This document shows positions 9,534 through 18,302 of a stretch of DNA of 64,000 nucleotides, piece after piece (positions within the stretch are counted from its first letter, which is position 1; each line of letters starts with the position of its first letter). A program made the translations under genes and the position numbers. The notes under the pieces are model-generated. The model made no database searches. It saw nothing but the letters and a program-made list of their open reading frames with translations, and was not told the DNA's origin. Origin of the DNA: an uncultured Cytophagales bacterium (lineage in GTDB: Bacteria > Bacteroidota > Bacteroidia > Cytophagales > UBA9547); NCBI GenBank assembly GCA_945957555.1, contig CAMFLX010000007.1, positions 20,784-84,783 on the forward strand. The letters run 5' to 3'.

Positions 9534-10624
9534 TATTTCACTATTGTAACGGCTCCTCGTTCTTCAGATCCGTCCGAATATTTGATGTTGAAAAGGTAAT
9601 AGCCTACTTTAACGTCGCCATAGAGGGAATTGCCGTCCCAAAGCTCGGTGGTACCCGCTTCAATTTCTTTGCTAAGATATGTATTTCCTGCTTTATCGAC
9701 AATCGTAAGGTGTCCCACTTGCGTGGTAGCGGGTATTTCCCACTTCTCCCCCACAAAAGGGTTAAAGGAATAACTCTTGTTACAGTTTTTGATTTTGATC
9801 CAGACATGGCTGAGTTTGGTAGTGCATTGGTGTTCGTCTGAAAGCAAAATGGTGTATGGGCCTGCAGCCAAGTGTTGGTTCATAGCCATTGTACCTTCCT
9901 TGTCTAAGATTTTAAACGAGTATGGGGCTGTACCACCTTGGAAGTTGGAGAGAGCAACAGAACCTTTGTCTTCATGGGAGCAAGTTGGATATGTGGTTAT
10001 GTCTGCTTTGAGTACTATACCTTTACATACATCGCCTAGGTTTTTAGCTTCTGTTTCCTTCACCAGTTCTTTTGCGATAGGGACAGGCATCACTTTTGTA
10101 TTTTCAGTATGTTGCTCCATTACAACACTTGCAGGGGATGTGGCTATGGCAGTCTCCTGAGTGTTAGTTGCTGGTTGACGATCCTCTACTTTACCAACTA
10201 TGATTGTTTCTTTTTTAGGAAGAACTACACTATCACTTTCTCCTTGTTTTTGAGCAATAATGGGTGTTTGTTTGTTGTCTGGTGCGGTATGAGTCTGAAT
10301 ATTTGGTGTTACAGTAGCTATTTTTGGTTTCGCATCGCTCAACAACCAATAAGTACCTATGCCAGCACCCAAAAAAAGTGCGCCTAGCACAGAAAACTTA
10401 ATGAAACGTGTTTTCTGGTCGGCATTGTACGTTTCCCTGGCTGTTTTTTTAAGATCCAAGAGCCTTTTTTCTGCTAAAAGAGTATGAAGCAGTTTGTTCT
10501 TGTCCACCTCCTGTTGTAAGCTAGGGTTTGCTAAAAGTTCTTTTTCAAAAGCAAGCTGTTCAGGTTTAGAAAGATTTCCTTTCAGATACTGCTCTATGAG
10601 ATCTTGAGAATTAGTATTTTCCAT
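9533..10624 (-). CDS. Single-pass anti-sigma-factor-like protein with SprB-like module and type-B T9SS CTD-like C-terminus
   Basis: It is translationally coupled to the sigma gene (TAATG). The N-terminus is LIEQYLKGNLSKPEQLAFEKELLANPSLQQEV, followed by the TM helix FIKFSVLGALFLGAGIGTYWLL and a low-complexity linker. The C-terminus is FNPFVGEKWEI..IVDKAGN..LWDGN..GYYLFNI..GAVTIVK. Confidence 0.6.
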   Translation of the reverse strand: MENTNSQDLIEQYLKGNLSKPEQLAFEKELLANPSLQQEVDKNKLLHTLLAEKRLLDLKKTARETYNADQKTRFIKFSVLGALFLGAGIGTYWLLSDAKPKIATVTPNIQTHTAPDNKQTPIIAQKQGESDSVVLPKKETIIVGKVEDRQPATNTQETAIATSPASVVMEQHTENTKVMPVPIAKELVKETEAKNLGDVCKGIVLKADITTYPTCSHEDKGSVALSNFQGGTAPYSFKILDKEGTMAMNQHLAAGPYTILLSDEHQCTTKLSHVWIKIKNCNKSYSFNPFVGEKWEIPATTQVGHLTIVDKAGNTYLSKEIEAGTTELWDGNSLYGDVKVGYYLFNIKYSDGSEERGAVTIVK

Positions 10625-11208
10625 TATACTCGTTTCAATTTGTTCACCAATTCTGGCCTTTTATCTATTTCTTCCATCAGCTTTTGCTTGCATCTTTGGT
10701 GTTGCATTTTTACTGCAGCTACCGATGAAAACTCCATCCGTAACATCACATCTTCCAAAAGCATGTTGTTGAGAATGGTATGCGTTAACAGCTCTATACA
10801 CTTTTGTCCTATGGGTTTGAAGAACTCTTCCAATACGCTTTCCTGTTTTCCTAAAAGCATGAAATCTCTTTGTGGTTCCTCTTCTTCAATATCCCACTGT
10901 TCAATATCTTCTTTGTACTCAATTTTTTGATTTCTCTTTAGCCTGTTGAGCCATTTAAAACTACTCAGTTTGAACACATAGCCATATGCGTCATATTCCT
11001 CTTTATAAGTTTTGGTGCTCACCAGATTGTAGAAATCCACGAGTGCATCTTGAAACACGTCAAAAGCGTCGTCCCTGGTACCATAGCGTTGCAGCACAAA
11101 TTTCCTCACAATAGGGAATACTTTCTTATAAAGCATTTTTACAGCTTCATTGTCTCGTCCTTCCCTTATTTTCTGAATCAGCTCTTGTCCCTTAGCTATG
11201 GAATCCAT
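10624..11208 (-). CDS. ECF-type RNA polymerase sigma-70 family factor
   Basis: 194 aa. It has a region-2-like segment (RDDAFDVFQDALVDFYNLV..Y.FK.....WLNRLKR) and a region-4-like HTH segment near the C-terminus. Its position directly upstream of an anti-sigma-like gene fits this call. Confidence 0.7.
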   Translation of the reverse strand: MDSIAKGQELIQKIREGRDNEAVKMLYKKVFPIVRKFVLQRYGTRDDAFDVFQDALVDFYNLVSTKTYKEEYDAYGYVFKLSSFKWLNRLKRNQKIEYKEDIEQWDIEEEEPQRDFMLLGKQESVLEEFFKPIGQKCIELLTHTILNNMLLEDVMLRMEFSSVAAVKMQHQRCKQKLMEEIDKRPELVNKLKRV

Positions 11209-11271
11209 TTACACATATTTAAATTTATTTGATCAATAAGTAATGAAATTGTAGATAAAAATTCATTTTAT

Positions 11272-12150
11272 TTGTGCAAAATAAATTTCCATTTGAACAA
11301 AATACCTTGGTTTGCTTTATGTATTGTGCTTAATTGCTTCATTATCAATGGGCAATACGCGGGGTATTTTCCTGATTTATACAATGGATATTTCCACAAC
11401 ATGCCTTTGGTGAATCCAAGTTATATAGCCGATACGGGTAAAATAGACTTAATGTTCACACACAAACTGATGTCGGGACCTTACAGGGAAATCTCCACGT
11501 CTTCTTTTGTAGCGGGGCGGAATTTTTCATACGGCAACACTCGTCAGTCTCTAAGGTTGATTTTGGGCAATGAGCAAGAAGGCGAATACATCAATACCCC
11601 CAAGTTTTTTTTGAACTATGCCTACAGCTTAAAGTTGAAGCCAAATCTATTCATGTACTCTGGGGTTTCCTTGGGTGCTACAGGGGTTTATTTCTCGGCA
11701 CCTTCTGCAACATCGTCCTTTTATTTGCCAGACGGTTCGCTCGGTTTGGGTCTAAAATACAAAAGCACCACAATTGGTATAGCTCCTTTTCAGCTATTTA
11801 GTGCATCACGCTATGCCTTTACCCAAAAGCGATACTATCATTTTAATGCTTCTGGAGTTTATCCATTGAGTTACCAATGGCAGCTTAAACTATATGCCTT
11901 ATGGCGCTTACTACCACAGATACACGATGAATACAAGATGGCTATATTGGGCTCATATGCCAGCAAGGTAGATTTGGGTGTTGCGGTAAAGAACAATTCT
12001 GGTCTATCATTCATTGGATCATTTTTAATTCCCCTATCTGCCGAGCGCAACGATCTAATGATATCGGCGGTTTACAATACCTATAAATTTTCAAAGGAGA
12101 AAATCCTTCCTAATTCTCTAGAAATCTCCATAGGCGTATTGATATATTGA
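11272..12150 (+). CDS. PorP/SprF-family T9SS outer-membrane beta-barrel protein (candidate)
   Basis: ~290 aa. The N-terminal motif Y..F.NMPLVNPSYIA resembles the family signature (..Y.FN....NPAYAG), followed by alternating beta-strand patterns (NYAYSLKL....L..GVSLG). The start is uncertain: TTG at 11272 or TTG at 11293, which would give MNKIPWFALCIVL. Confidence 0.55.
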   Translation: MCKINFHLNKIPWFALCIVLNCFIINGQYAGYFPDLYNGYFHNMPLVNPSYIADTGKIDLMFTHKLMSGPYREISTSSFVAGRNFSYGNTRQSLRLILGNEQEGEYINTPKFFLNYAYSLKLKPNLFMYSGVSLGATGVYFSAPSATSSFYLPDGSLGLGLKYKSTTIGIAPFQLFSASRYAFTQKRYYHFNASGVYPLSYQWQLKLYALWRLLPQIHDEYKMAILGSYASKVDLGVAVKNNSGLSFIGSFLIPLSAERNDLMISAVYNTYKFSKEKILPNSLEISIGVLIY

Positions 12151-12419
12151 TGCTTGAAGAGTTATAAAATGCTGTCGATTTTTCGGAATACCCTGTCGTA
12201 ATTAACACCTCATAATGCCGTATCCGCACCCTTCATGTTGTTGATAATGATCCTATATTTGTATTTAATGAAACATTGGATCTTTTAGGCCTAGAAGAAT
12301 CAAATTCAATCGTTTTTTGCATTCATTCATAATGTTATTTCATAATAATAGTCAATGAAAGAGTAAAATTTGTGTACAAAACATTAAATTAGAATTATAA
12401 ATCCAAAACAATTAAAGAC

Positions 12420-12962
12420 ATGAAAATTTTAAAGAAAATCTTGATCGGTTTAGCCATTCTCATCGCCCTTGTATTGATCACCGCTTTGTTTGTGAAAAAC
12501 GATTATACCATAGAACGAGAAATCGTGATCAATAAACCCAAGCATGAGGTATTTGACTATATAAAACTATTGAAAAATCAGGCATATTACAGCAAGTGGG
12601 TTATGCAAGATCCTAACGTGAAACGAGAAGAAAAAGGCACAGATGGTACTGTTGGATACATTACTTCTTGGGATAGCGACCATAAAGAGGTTGGTAAGGG
12701 TGAACAAGAAATAAAGGGTATCGTAGATGGAGAAAGACTTGATTTGGCATTACATTTTATCAAACCTTTCGAAGGCCGAGCCACAGCTTATATGATCACT
12801 GAAACAGTTACTGAAAATCAAACCAAAGTAAAATGGGGTTTTAATGGGAGTATGCCATATCCGTTTAACATCATGCGTATTATTATGAATATCGAAAAAC
12901 AATTGGGTGGAGATTTGACTTTGGGGTTGACGAATCTCAAGAGTGTCCTCGAAAAGGAGTAA
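12420..12962 (+). CDS. SRPBCC (polyketide-cyclase/START-like) family protein with N-terminal membrane anchor
   Basis: 180 aa with the N-terminal helix ILIGLAILIALVLITALF. The length and pattern are typical of SRPBCC proteins. Confidence 0.55.
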   Translation: MKILKKILIGLAILIALVLITALFVKNDYTIEREIVINKPKHEVFDYIKLLKNQAYYSKWVMQDPNVKREEKGTDGTVGYITSWDSDHKEVGKGEQEIKGIVDGERLDLALHFIKPFEGRATAYMITETVTENQTKVKWGFNGSMPYPFNIMRIIMNIEKQLGGDLTLGLTNLKSVLEKE

Positions 12963-12965
12963 GTC

Positions 12966-13343
12966 ATGGCTAAGAAAATTTCGGATGCTGATGCAGTTCA
13001 AGCGTATATGAATGCGCTTGAACACCCTTTCAAGAATGCAATAGAGCTGTTACGGACGATTATAAAGGAGACTGACAGTAAGGTAATGGAACGCATCAAA
13101 TGGAATGCACCTAGCTATTACTATAAAGAAGATTTTGTTACTTTCAATCCGAGAGATCAGAAGCGGATTCATTTGGTATTTCACCACCCTGCCATAGCCA
13201 GTATTCCTTCTGATATATTAGAAGGTGATTATAAGGATCGTAGGATGGCGTATTTTAATAGTTTAGATGACATTCTTGCAAAGAAAGACAAAATAGAATC
13301 AGTAATCGGTGAGCTGATTAAAATAATGGATCAAAGCGTATAA
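12966..13343 (+). CDS. DUF1801 (YdhG-like) domain protein
   Basis: 125 aa. The motif ..IKWNAPSYYYKEDFVTFNP... is characteristic of DUF1801. Confidence 0.6.
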   Translation: MAKKISDADAVQAYMNALEHPFKNAIELLRTIIKETDSKVMERIKWNAPSYYYKEDFVTFNPRDQKRIHLVFHHPAIASIPSDILEGDYKDRRMAYFNSLDDILAKKDKIESVIGELIKIMDQSV

Positions 13344-13380
13344 GGTCGCTCCTGTAATTTTTTGTTAAACTATAAACGTT

Positions 13381-13803
13381 ATGACGATGACTATAAATCC
13401 TTATTTAAATTTCAACGGTAACACAGAAGATGCCTTTAATTTTTATAAGTCGGTCTTTGGGGGCGAGTTTGCTATTTTGCAACGATTCAAAGATGTCTCA
13501 GACGGGGATAAGATGCCTGCAGAAGTACAAAACAAAATCATGCATGTTTCATTACCTATAGGCAATACTATCTTGATGGCTTCAGACAGCCTGGAGGCAC
13601 TGGGGCAGAAACTATCTGTTGGCAACAATTTCTACATTTCTATCAGTACCGAAAGTAGGGGGGAGACCGATCGTTTGTTCAATGCCTTGTCTGCAGGTGG
13701 TGAGATTGAGATGCCCCTTGAGAAGCAGTTTTGGGGTGCATACTTTGGTGTTTTTAAAGATAAGTTTGGGATCCAATGGATGCTTAACTGCCAAGAATCA
13801 TAA
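13381..13803 (+). CDS. VOC/glyoxalase-superfamily protein, PhnB-like
   Basis: 140 aa. INPYLNFNGNTEDAFNFYKSVFGGE ... FWGAYFGVFKDKFGIQWMLN matches the PhnB-like pattern. Confidence 0.7.
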   Translation: MTMTINPYLNFNGNTEDAFNFYKSVFGGEFAILQRFKDVSDGDKMPAEVQNKIMHVSLPIGNTILMASDSLEALGQKLSVGNNFYISISTESRGETDRLFNALSAGGEIEMPLEKQFWGAYFGVFKDKFGIQWMLNCQES

Positions 13804-13818
13804 AATTGTTTTTTAAGG

Positions 13819-13869
13819 TAGGGCATGATTCTATTGTGCCCTATTTAGTCCACGGGTTGAAACCCGCGG
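13819..13869 (+). terminator. Two consecutive hairpins after the VOC gene
   Basis: The first is TAGGGCA-N11-TGCCCTA followed by TTT. The second is the GC-rich near-palindrome CCACGGGTTGAAACCCGCGG. Confidence 0.55.
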
Positions 13870-13935
13870 CAATTAACCTCCGCCTCTCTATCCTTAGAAT
13901 CATGCGTAACTTGTGGAGAGAAAGAGGCGTACGGA

Positions 13936-14065
13936 AGGCATTTACATTGCAGTATGCGCTAGTTTGCAACAAACCGAGGCATTTTACATTGCAAAGTATG
14001 CGGGTTTGCATTCACCCGAGGCATTTTACATAGCAAAGTACGCAAATGAGTTCTGCATAGCACCT
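13936..14065. repeat. Three degenerate ~42-bp tandem repeats in a 509-bp intergenic region
   Basis: Units begin AGGCATTT(T)ACAT(T/A)GCA(AA)GTA(T/C)GC at about 13936, 13977 and 14019. Confidence 0.6.
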
Positions 14066-14153
14066 AGTTATACGCCTCGTCTTCGGTCATAATCATCTCA
14101 CTTTTGTGGTATACCCACTCTTTGCTAAATATAACTTTTATAATATAGGTTGA

Positions 14154-14177
14154 CAACGTTGCCGATAACGTTATCGG
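14154..14177. promoter_or_regulatory. Candidate LacI/GalR-type operator pair upstream of fbp
   Basis: CAACGTTG (14154-14161) is immediately followed by the perfect 16-bp palindrome CCGATAACGTTATCGG (14162-14177), about 136 bp upstream of the fbp ATG. Confidence 0.4.
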
Positions 14178-14312
14178 TGATTTATTGGCGCTCACTTGTT
14201 ACAAAGTGCATATATCCGATATATATTTATGAAAAATATGAGTTTTGAATCATTCAAAGCGAATTCAATAATTGTATTAAAGTAACTTTTGCAAAAAACC
14301 AAAGATTATAAA

Positions 14313-15338
14313 ATGGGAGCCGTATCGGGAATCACAACATTGGGACAGTTTATCATAGCTAGGCAAAAAGATTTTCCTTATGCCAAAGGAGAGTTGTCTC
14401 GATTGTTGAGGGATATCAGCATTGCCGCCAAGATTGTGAACCGTGAGGTAAACAAGGCAGGCTTGGTAGATATTTTAGGGGAGATGGGACTCATGAATGT
14501 TCAGGGTGAGTCGGTGAAGAAGTTGGATGTGTTTGCCAATGAGCAATTTATATCGGCTTTGAGTTATGGTGGCGAATGTTGCGGCATTGCATCAGAGGAA
14601 AATGAGCACATCGTAGGTATCCATAGTGAGATTTCCAAGTATGCCAACTATGTAGTTGCTATTGATCCTCTGGATGGCAGCTCAAATATAGATGTGAATG
14701 CGCCTATTGGTACCATCTTTTCGATTTATAGACGCGTTTCTCCTTATGGTCCAGCTCAGTTGTGCGATTTTATGCAAAAGGGCACCGAGCAGGTGGCAGC
14801 AGGGTATGTGATGTATGGCTCTTCTACCATGTTGGTATATACCACCGGCAAGGGTGTGAATGGTTTTACGTTGGATCCTTCCATTGGGGAGTTTTGTTTG
14901 ACGCATCCTGATATGGTGATCCCGCAAATGGGCAACATTTATTCTATAAATGAAGGTAACTACAAGTTTTTCCCAGAAGGGGTGAAGAGATACATCAAAT
15001 ACTGTCAGATAGAAGATGAGGAAACGAACAGACCCTATAGTTCTCGTTATATAGGATCATTGGCGGCTGATTTTCATAGGAATTTGATCAAAGGAGGGAT
15101 ATATATGTACCCAGCGACTGCTTATTCTGCCAAGGGGAAGTTACGATTATTGTATGAGTGTAATCCTTTGGCATTTATAGTGGAGCAAGCAGGAGGTAAG
15201 GCCTCCGATGGTTTTCAAAGGATCTTAGATATAGACCCTTATGCTCTGCATGAGCGTACGCCCTTGTTTATTGGTTCGCACGATATGGTAGAAATGGTAG
15301 AAGGGATGATGTTAGAATACTCCTCAAGGGTGGATTAG
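14313..15338 (+). CDS. fbp: Fructose-1,6-bisphosphatase, class 1
   Basis: Full-length match to the class-1 FBPase pattern (TLGQFII..Q......GELS.LL; [10 protein letters not shown]; [20 protein letters not shown]). I take the ATG at 14313 rather than the TTG at 14289. Confidence 0.9.
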   Translation: MGAVSGITTLGQFIIARQKDFPYAKGELSRLLRDISIAAKIVNREVNKAGLVDILGEMGLMNVQGESVKKLDVFANEQFISALSYGGECCGIASEENEHIVGIHSEISKYANYVVAIDPLDGSSNIDVNAPIGTIFSIYRRVSPYGPAQLCDFMQKGTEQVAAGYVMYGSSTMLVYTTGKGVNGFTLDPSIGEFCLTHPDMVIPQMGNIYSINEGNYKFFPEGVKRYIKYCQIEDEETNRPYSSRYIGSLAADFHRNLIKGGIYMYPATAYSAKGKLRLLYECNPLAFIVEQAGGKASDGFQRILDIDPYALHERTPLFIGSHDMVEMVEGMMLEYSSRVD

Positions 15339-15438
15339 ATTAAGGATTTTTTCAGTGTTTTATAAGATAAGTTTGTTTTAAGTTGGGTATGAGTAAATGC
15401 ACAATCCTAATCTAAGTTGTAGAAACAAAAGCAATTGG

Positions 15439-15476
15439 CCCCTAAATAGTTTTTAAAAACCATTTAGGGGTGCTTT
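15439..15476. terminator. Bidirectional hairpin terminator between fbp and the GH63-like gene
   Basis: CCCCTAAATAG-loop-CCATTTAGGGG is followed by TGCTTTTT. An A-rich run on the other side serves the opposite strand. Confidence 0.6.
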
Positions 15477-18116
15477 TTATTCTTTTGCAGAATCGATCAA
15501 GTTACATTCATGAATGAGGTCAGCCACCAATCCTGTCCAACCCGTTTGATGAGATGCACCTAGGCCCTTGCCAGTATCTCCATGAAAATACTCATGAAAC
15601 AAGACGTAATTTTTAAAATGTTCACTCTTGTTGAAAAGTTCATTGCCTCCATTGGTGGCCCTTTTCCCGTCCTCCATTGTGAAAATCTTAATGAGTCTTT
15701 CCCCTAGTTTGTCTGCAATATCCTTTAGCGTAAATAGCTTCCCTGAGCCTGTGGGGTATTCGAGCTTAAATTCATCACCATAATAGGTATAAAACTTCAT
15801 AAGGCTTTCGATAAGTAAGTAGTTTAATGGAAACCAAATTGGCCCTCGCCAGTTGCTGTTACCCCCAAAGAGTGCAGTGGTAGACTCGCCTGGTGTATAG
15901 TTTACCGTATATTTTTTTCCGTCGTAGTCAAACTCATAGGGTGTTTTTTCATGAAATTTCGACAAAGCCCTGATGCCATAATCTGACAAGAATTCTGATT
16001 GATCCAAAACGCGTTTGAGTACGTTGGACATTCTATATCCTCTGGTCAGCGAGAGAATTCTTGTGTTTTTTCTGCCTTTTTCGTGCCATCTAGAGATAAG
16101 CTCTGCAAGGTCTGGCTTGTTGGCCAAGATCCATGCCACGCGACGTTTGAACACTGGAAGTCTATCAAGGGTATCTTGATCTATAGTTTCTACCGCAAAC
16201 AAAGGGATGATACCCACCATAGATCTGATTTTGAGTGGGAAACTATATCCGTTTGGCATGTGTAGGAGATCATAGTAGAAATTGTCTTCATCGTCCCAAA
16301 GGCTTACGCCTTTGCCCATTTCGTTTAATGAACCTGCTATGTACAAGAAGTGTTCTAAAAACTTGGAAGCCATGTCTTGATATACAGGATCATGCAAGGA
16401 TATCTCTACAGAAATCCTGAGCATATTTAAGCAAAACATTGCCATCCAGCTGGTGCCATCGGCCTGTTCTATACTTCCCCCAGTTGGTAGGGGTTGGCTT
16501 CTATCAAAGACCCCAATATTGTCAAGTCCAAGGAAGCCCCCTTCAAAGATATTGTTGCCTTCGGAGTCCTTTTGATTCACCCACCAAGTGAAGTTAAGGA
16601 GGAGTTTATGGAATATTTTCTCCAGAAAGGCAATATCGCCCTTGCCTTCGTTTATTTGCTGATCTATTTGATAGATACGCCACGCTGCCCATGCATGAAC
16701 GGGAGGGTTTACATCACTGAAATTCCATTCGTATGCAGGAATTTGACCATTTGGGTGCATATAATATTCCCTCAATAAGATTTCAATTTGTCGCTTAGCG
16801 AAAATCGGATCTATCCTGCATAGGGGGATGGTGTGAAACGCTAAATCCCAAGCTGCAAACCAAGGGTATTCCCATTTGTCTGGCATGGAAATAATGTTGT
16901 TGGCACTAAAATGCTTCCAAGTGGAGTTACGCCCAGTAAGTCGTTGCACAGGGGGAGGGGGTAGGCCCGGATCTCCCTTCGTCCACTGCTTTATATTATA
17001 ATAGTAATATTGTTTTCCCCACAACATACCCGCATAAGCCTGGCGCTGGATATTTTGTAAGTCTTTACTAGGTATGTTTTTGTATTGCTGCTCATAAAAC
17101 TCATCAGCTTCCTTGAATCTTTTTTCAAATATTGAATCAAATGATTCAAATGGGGCTTCGATGGAATAGTTGCTTAGTCGTAATTTAACCACTACATGGT
17201 CTTCTCCATTTATTTCAAGTTGATAAAGAGCCGAAGCTTTTGTTCCTACTTTTTGAGGATTGATAGTTTTTTTATCCTTTTTGACAATATAATTGTTAAT
17301 GCCGTCTTTACAGTATTGTGATGTATTTTCTACATTATACAGCTTTTTGTAGTTGGTTTCATTTTCGCAGAAGAGAAGGTCTTTGGCGTTTTCGCAATAT
17401 AGATGATAATCGCCCACTTTTTCATGGGTAATATCGATGCGATTCGACGCCCCAACACTCATTTTAGGCTTTTTGTTGTATGTTTCGTAAGTCCATGAGT
17501 TTCTGAACCAAATAGTTGGGAGCACCGTGAGGCTGGCTTTTTCTTTAGATCTATTGTGGATCGTATATTTGATAAGGATATCTTGCTCATCAGCCTTTGC
17601 GTACTCACAAAATACGTCGAAGTACTTGTCATTATTAAAGATACCCGTGTCGTCTATTTCAAACTCAGGTTCTTTTCTCGACCTTTTTTGGTTTTCATAC
17701 AAAAGTATAGAATAAGGGAATTCGTCTATTGGATATTTATAAAGGGCCTTCATGTAGGAATGCGTAGGGGTGCTGTCAAGGTAGTAGTAGAGTTCCTTAA
17801 CATCTTCCCCATGGTTCCCTTGGTTGCCAGTGAGCCCAAACAGTCTTTCTTTGAGTATTGGATCGTTGCCATTCCATAGAGACAATGCGAAGCAAATATT
17901 TTGTTTATTGTCACAGATTCCCATTAAACCCTCTTCTCCCCAACGATAAGCCTTACTACGTGACATTTCATGATTACTATATTCCCAGGCAGAGCCATCG
18001 GGACTGTAGTCTTCGCGTACTGTACCCCACTGTCTTTCACTTAAATAGGGACCCCATTGTTTCCAGCCATTGTTTTCTACACAAGAATTTAATCTGTTAA
18101 TTTCTTCAATGTTCAT
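15477..18116 (-). CDS. GH63-like (MGH1/glucosidase-type, six-hairpin) glycoside hydrolase
   Basis: 879 aa. The N-terminus WKQWGPYLSERQWGTVREDYS..G.AW.Y......S.AYRWGE.G, the length and the absence of a signal peptide are typical of bacterial GH63-family proteins. Confidence 0.7.
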   Translation of the reverse strand: MNIEEINRLNSCVENNGWKQWGPYLSERQWGTVREDYSPDGSAWEYSNHEMSRSKAYRWGEEGLMGICDNKQNICFALSLWNGNDPILKERLFGLTGNQGNHGEDVKELYYYLDSTPTHSYMKALYKYPIDEFPYSILLYENQKRSRKEPEFEIDDTGIFNNDKYFDVFCEYAKADEQDILIKYTIHNRSKEKASLTVLPTIWFRNSWTYETYNKKPKMSVGASNRIDITHEKVGDYHLYCENAKDLLFCENETNYKKLYNVENTSQYCKDGINNYIVKKDKKTINPQKVGTKASALYQLEINGEDHVVVKLRLSNYSIEAPFESFDSIFEKRFKEADEFYEQQYKNIPSKDLQNIQRQAYAGMLWGKQYYYYNIKQWTKGDPGLPPPPVQRLTGRNSTWKHFSANNIISMPDKWEYPWFAAWDLAFHTIPLCRIDPIFAKRQIEILLREYYMHPNGQIPAYEWNFSDVNPPVHAWAAWRIYQIDQQINEGKGDIAFLEKIFHKLLLNFTWWVNQKDSEGNNIFEGGFLGLDNIGVFDRSQPLPTGGSIEQADGTSWMAMFCLNMLRISVEISLHDPVYQDMASKFLEHFLYIAGSLNEMGKGVSLWDDEDNFYYDLLHMPNGYSFPLKIRSMVGIIPLFAVETIDQDTLDRLPVFKRRVAWILANKPDLAELISRWHEKGRKNTRILSLTRGYRMSNVLKRVLDQSEFLSDYGIRALSKFHEKTPYEFDYDGKKYTVNYTPGESTTALFGGNSNWRGPIWFPLNYLLIESLMKFYTYYGDEFKLEYPTGSGKLFTLKDIADKLGERLIKIFTMEDGKRATNGGNELFNKSEHFKNYVLFHEYFHGDTGKGLGASHQTGWTGLVADLIHECNLIDSAKE

Positions 18117-18302
18117 CTGTAATGTTTATATCTGTGATCTGATCGATGTTTGGACTAAAAATATTTGATTTCAATTATGAAAATCAACAACGTGTAATTG
18201 TCTAAAAGTCAAAAGTAAAGCATTAAAATATGAGTTGTGAAAAATCACGCCTCCTGTTCATGATACTGGTTTTTGAGCGTAAAAGTTTCAGCCCTGTTTG
18301 AT

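Noticed and set aside
13850-13869. GC-rich stem-loop resembling a tRNA T-arm
   Set aside because: No acceptor, D or anticodon arms can be built from the flanking sequence, and there is no GTTCGAATC-type T-loop. It is better explained as part of a tandem terminator.
13806-14033. 75-aa ORF listed in the six-frame track
   Set aside because: It lies entirely within the hairpins and the degenerate 42-bp tandem repeats of an intergenic region. Its peptide is simply the repeat translated (..HFTLQ..HFT). It has no plausible start context and no recognisable fold.
13936-14065. Possible CRISPR array
   Set aside because: There are only three degenerate units, and they are directly abutting with no unique spacers. 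No cas genes are in the window. The unit is not the usual partially palindromic CRISPR repeat.
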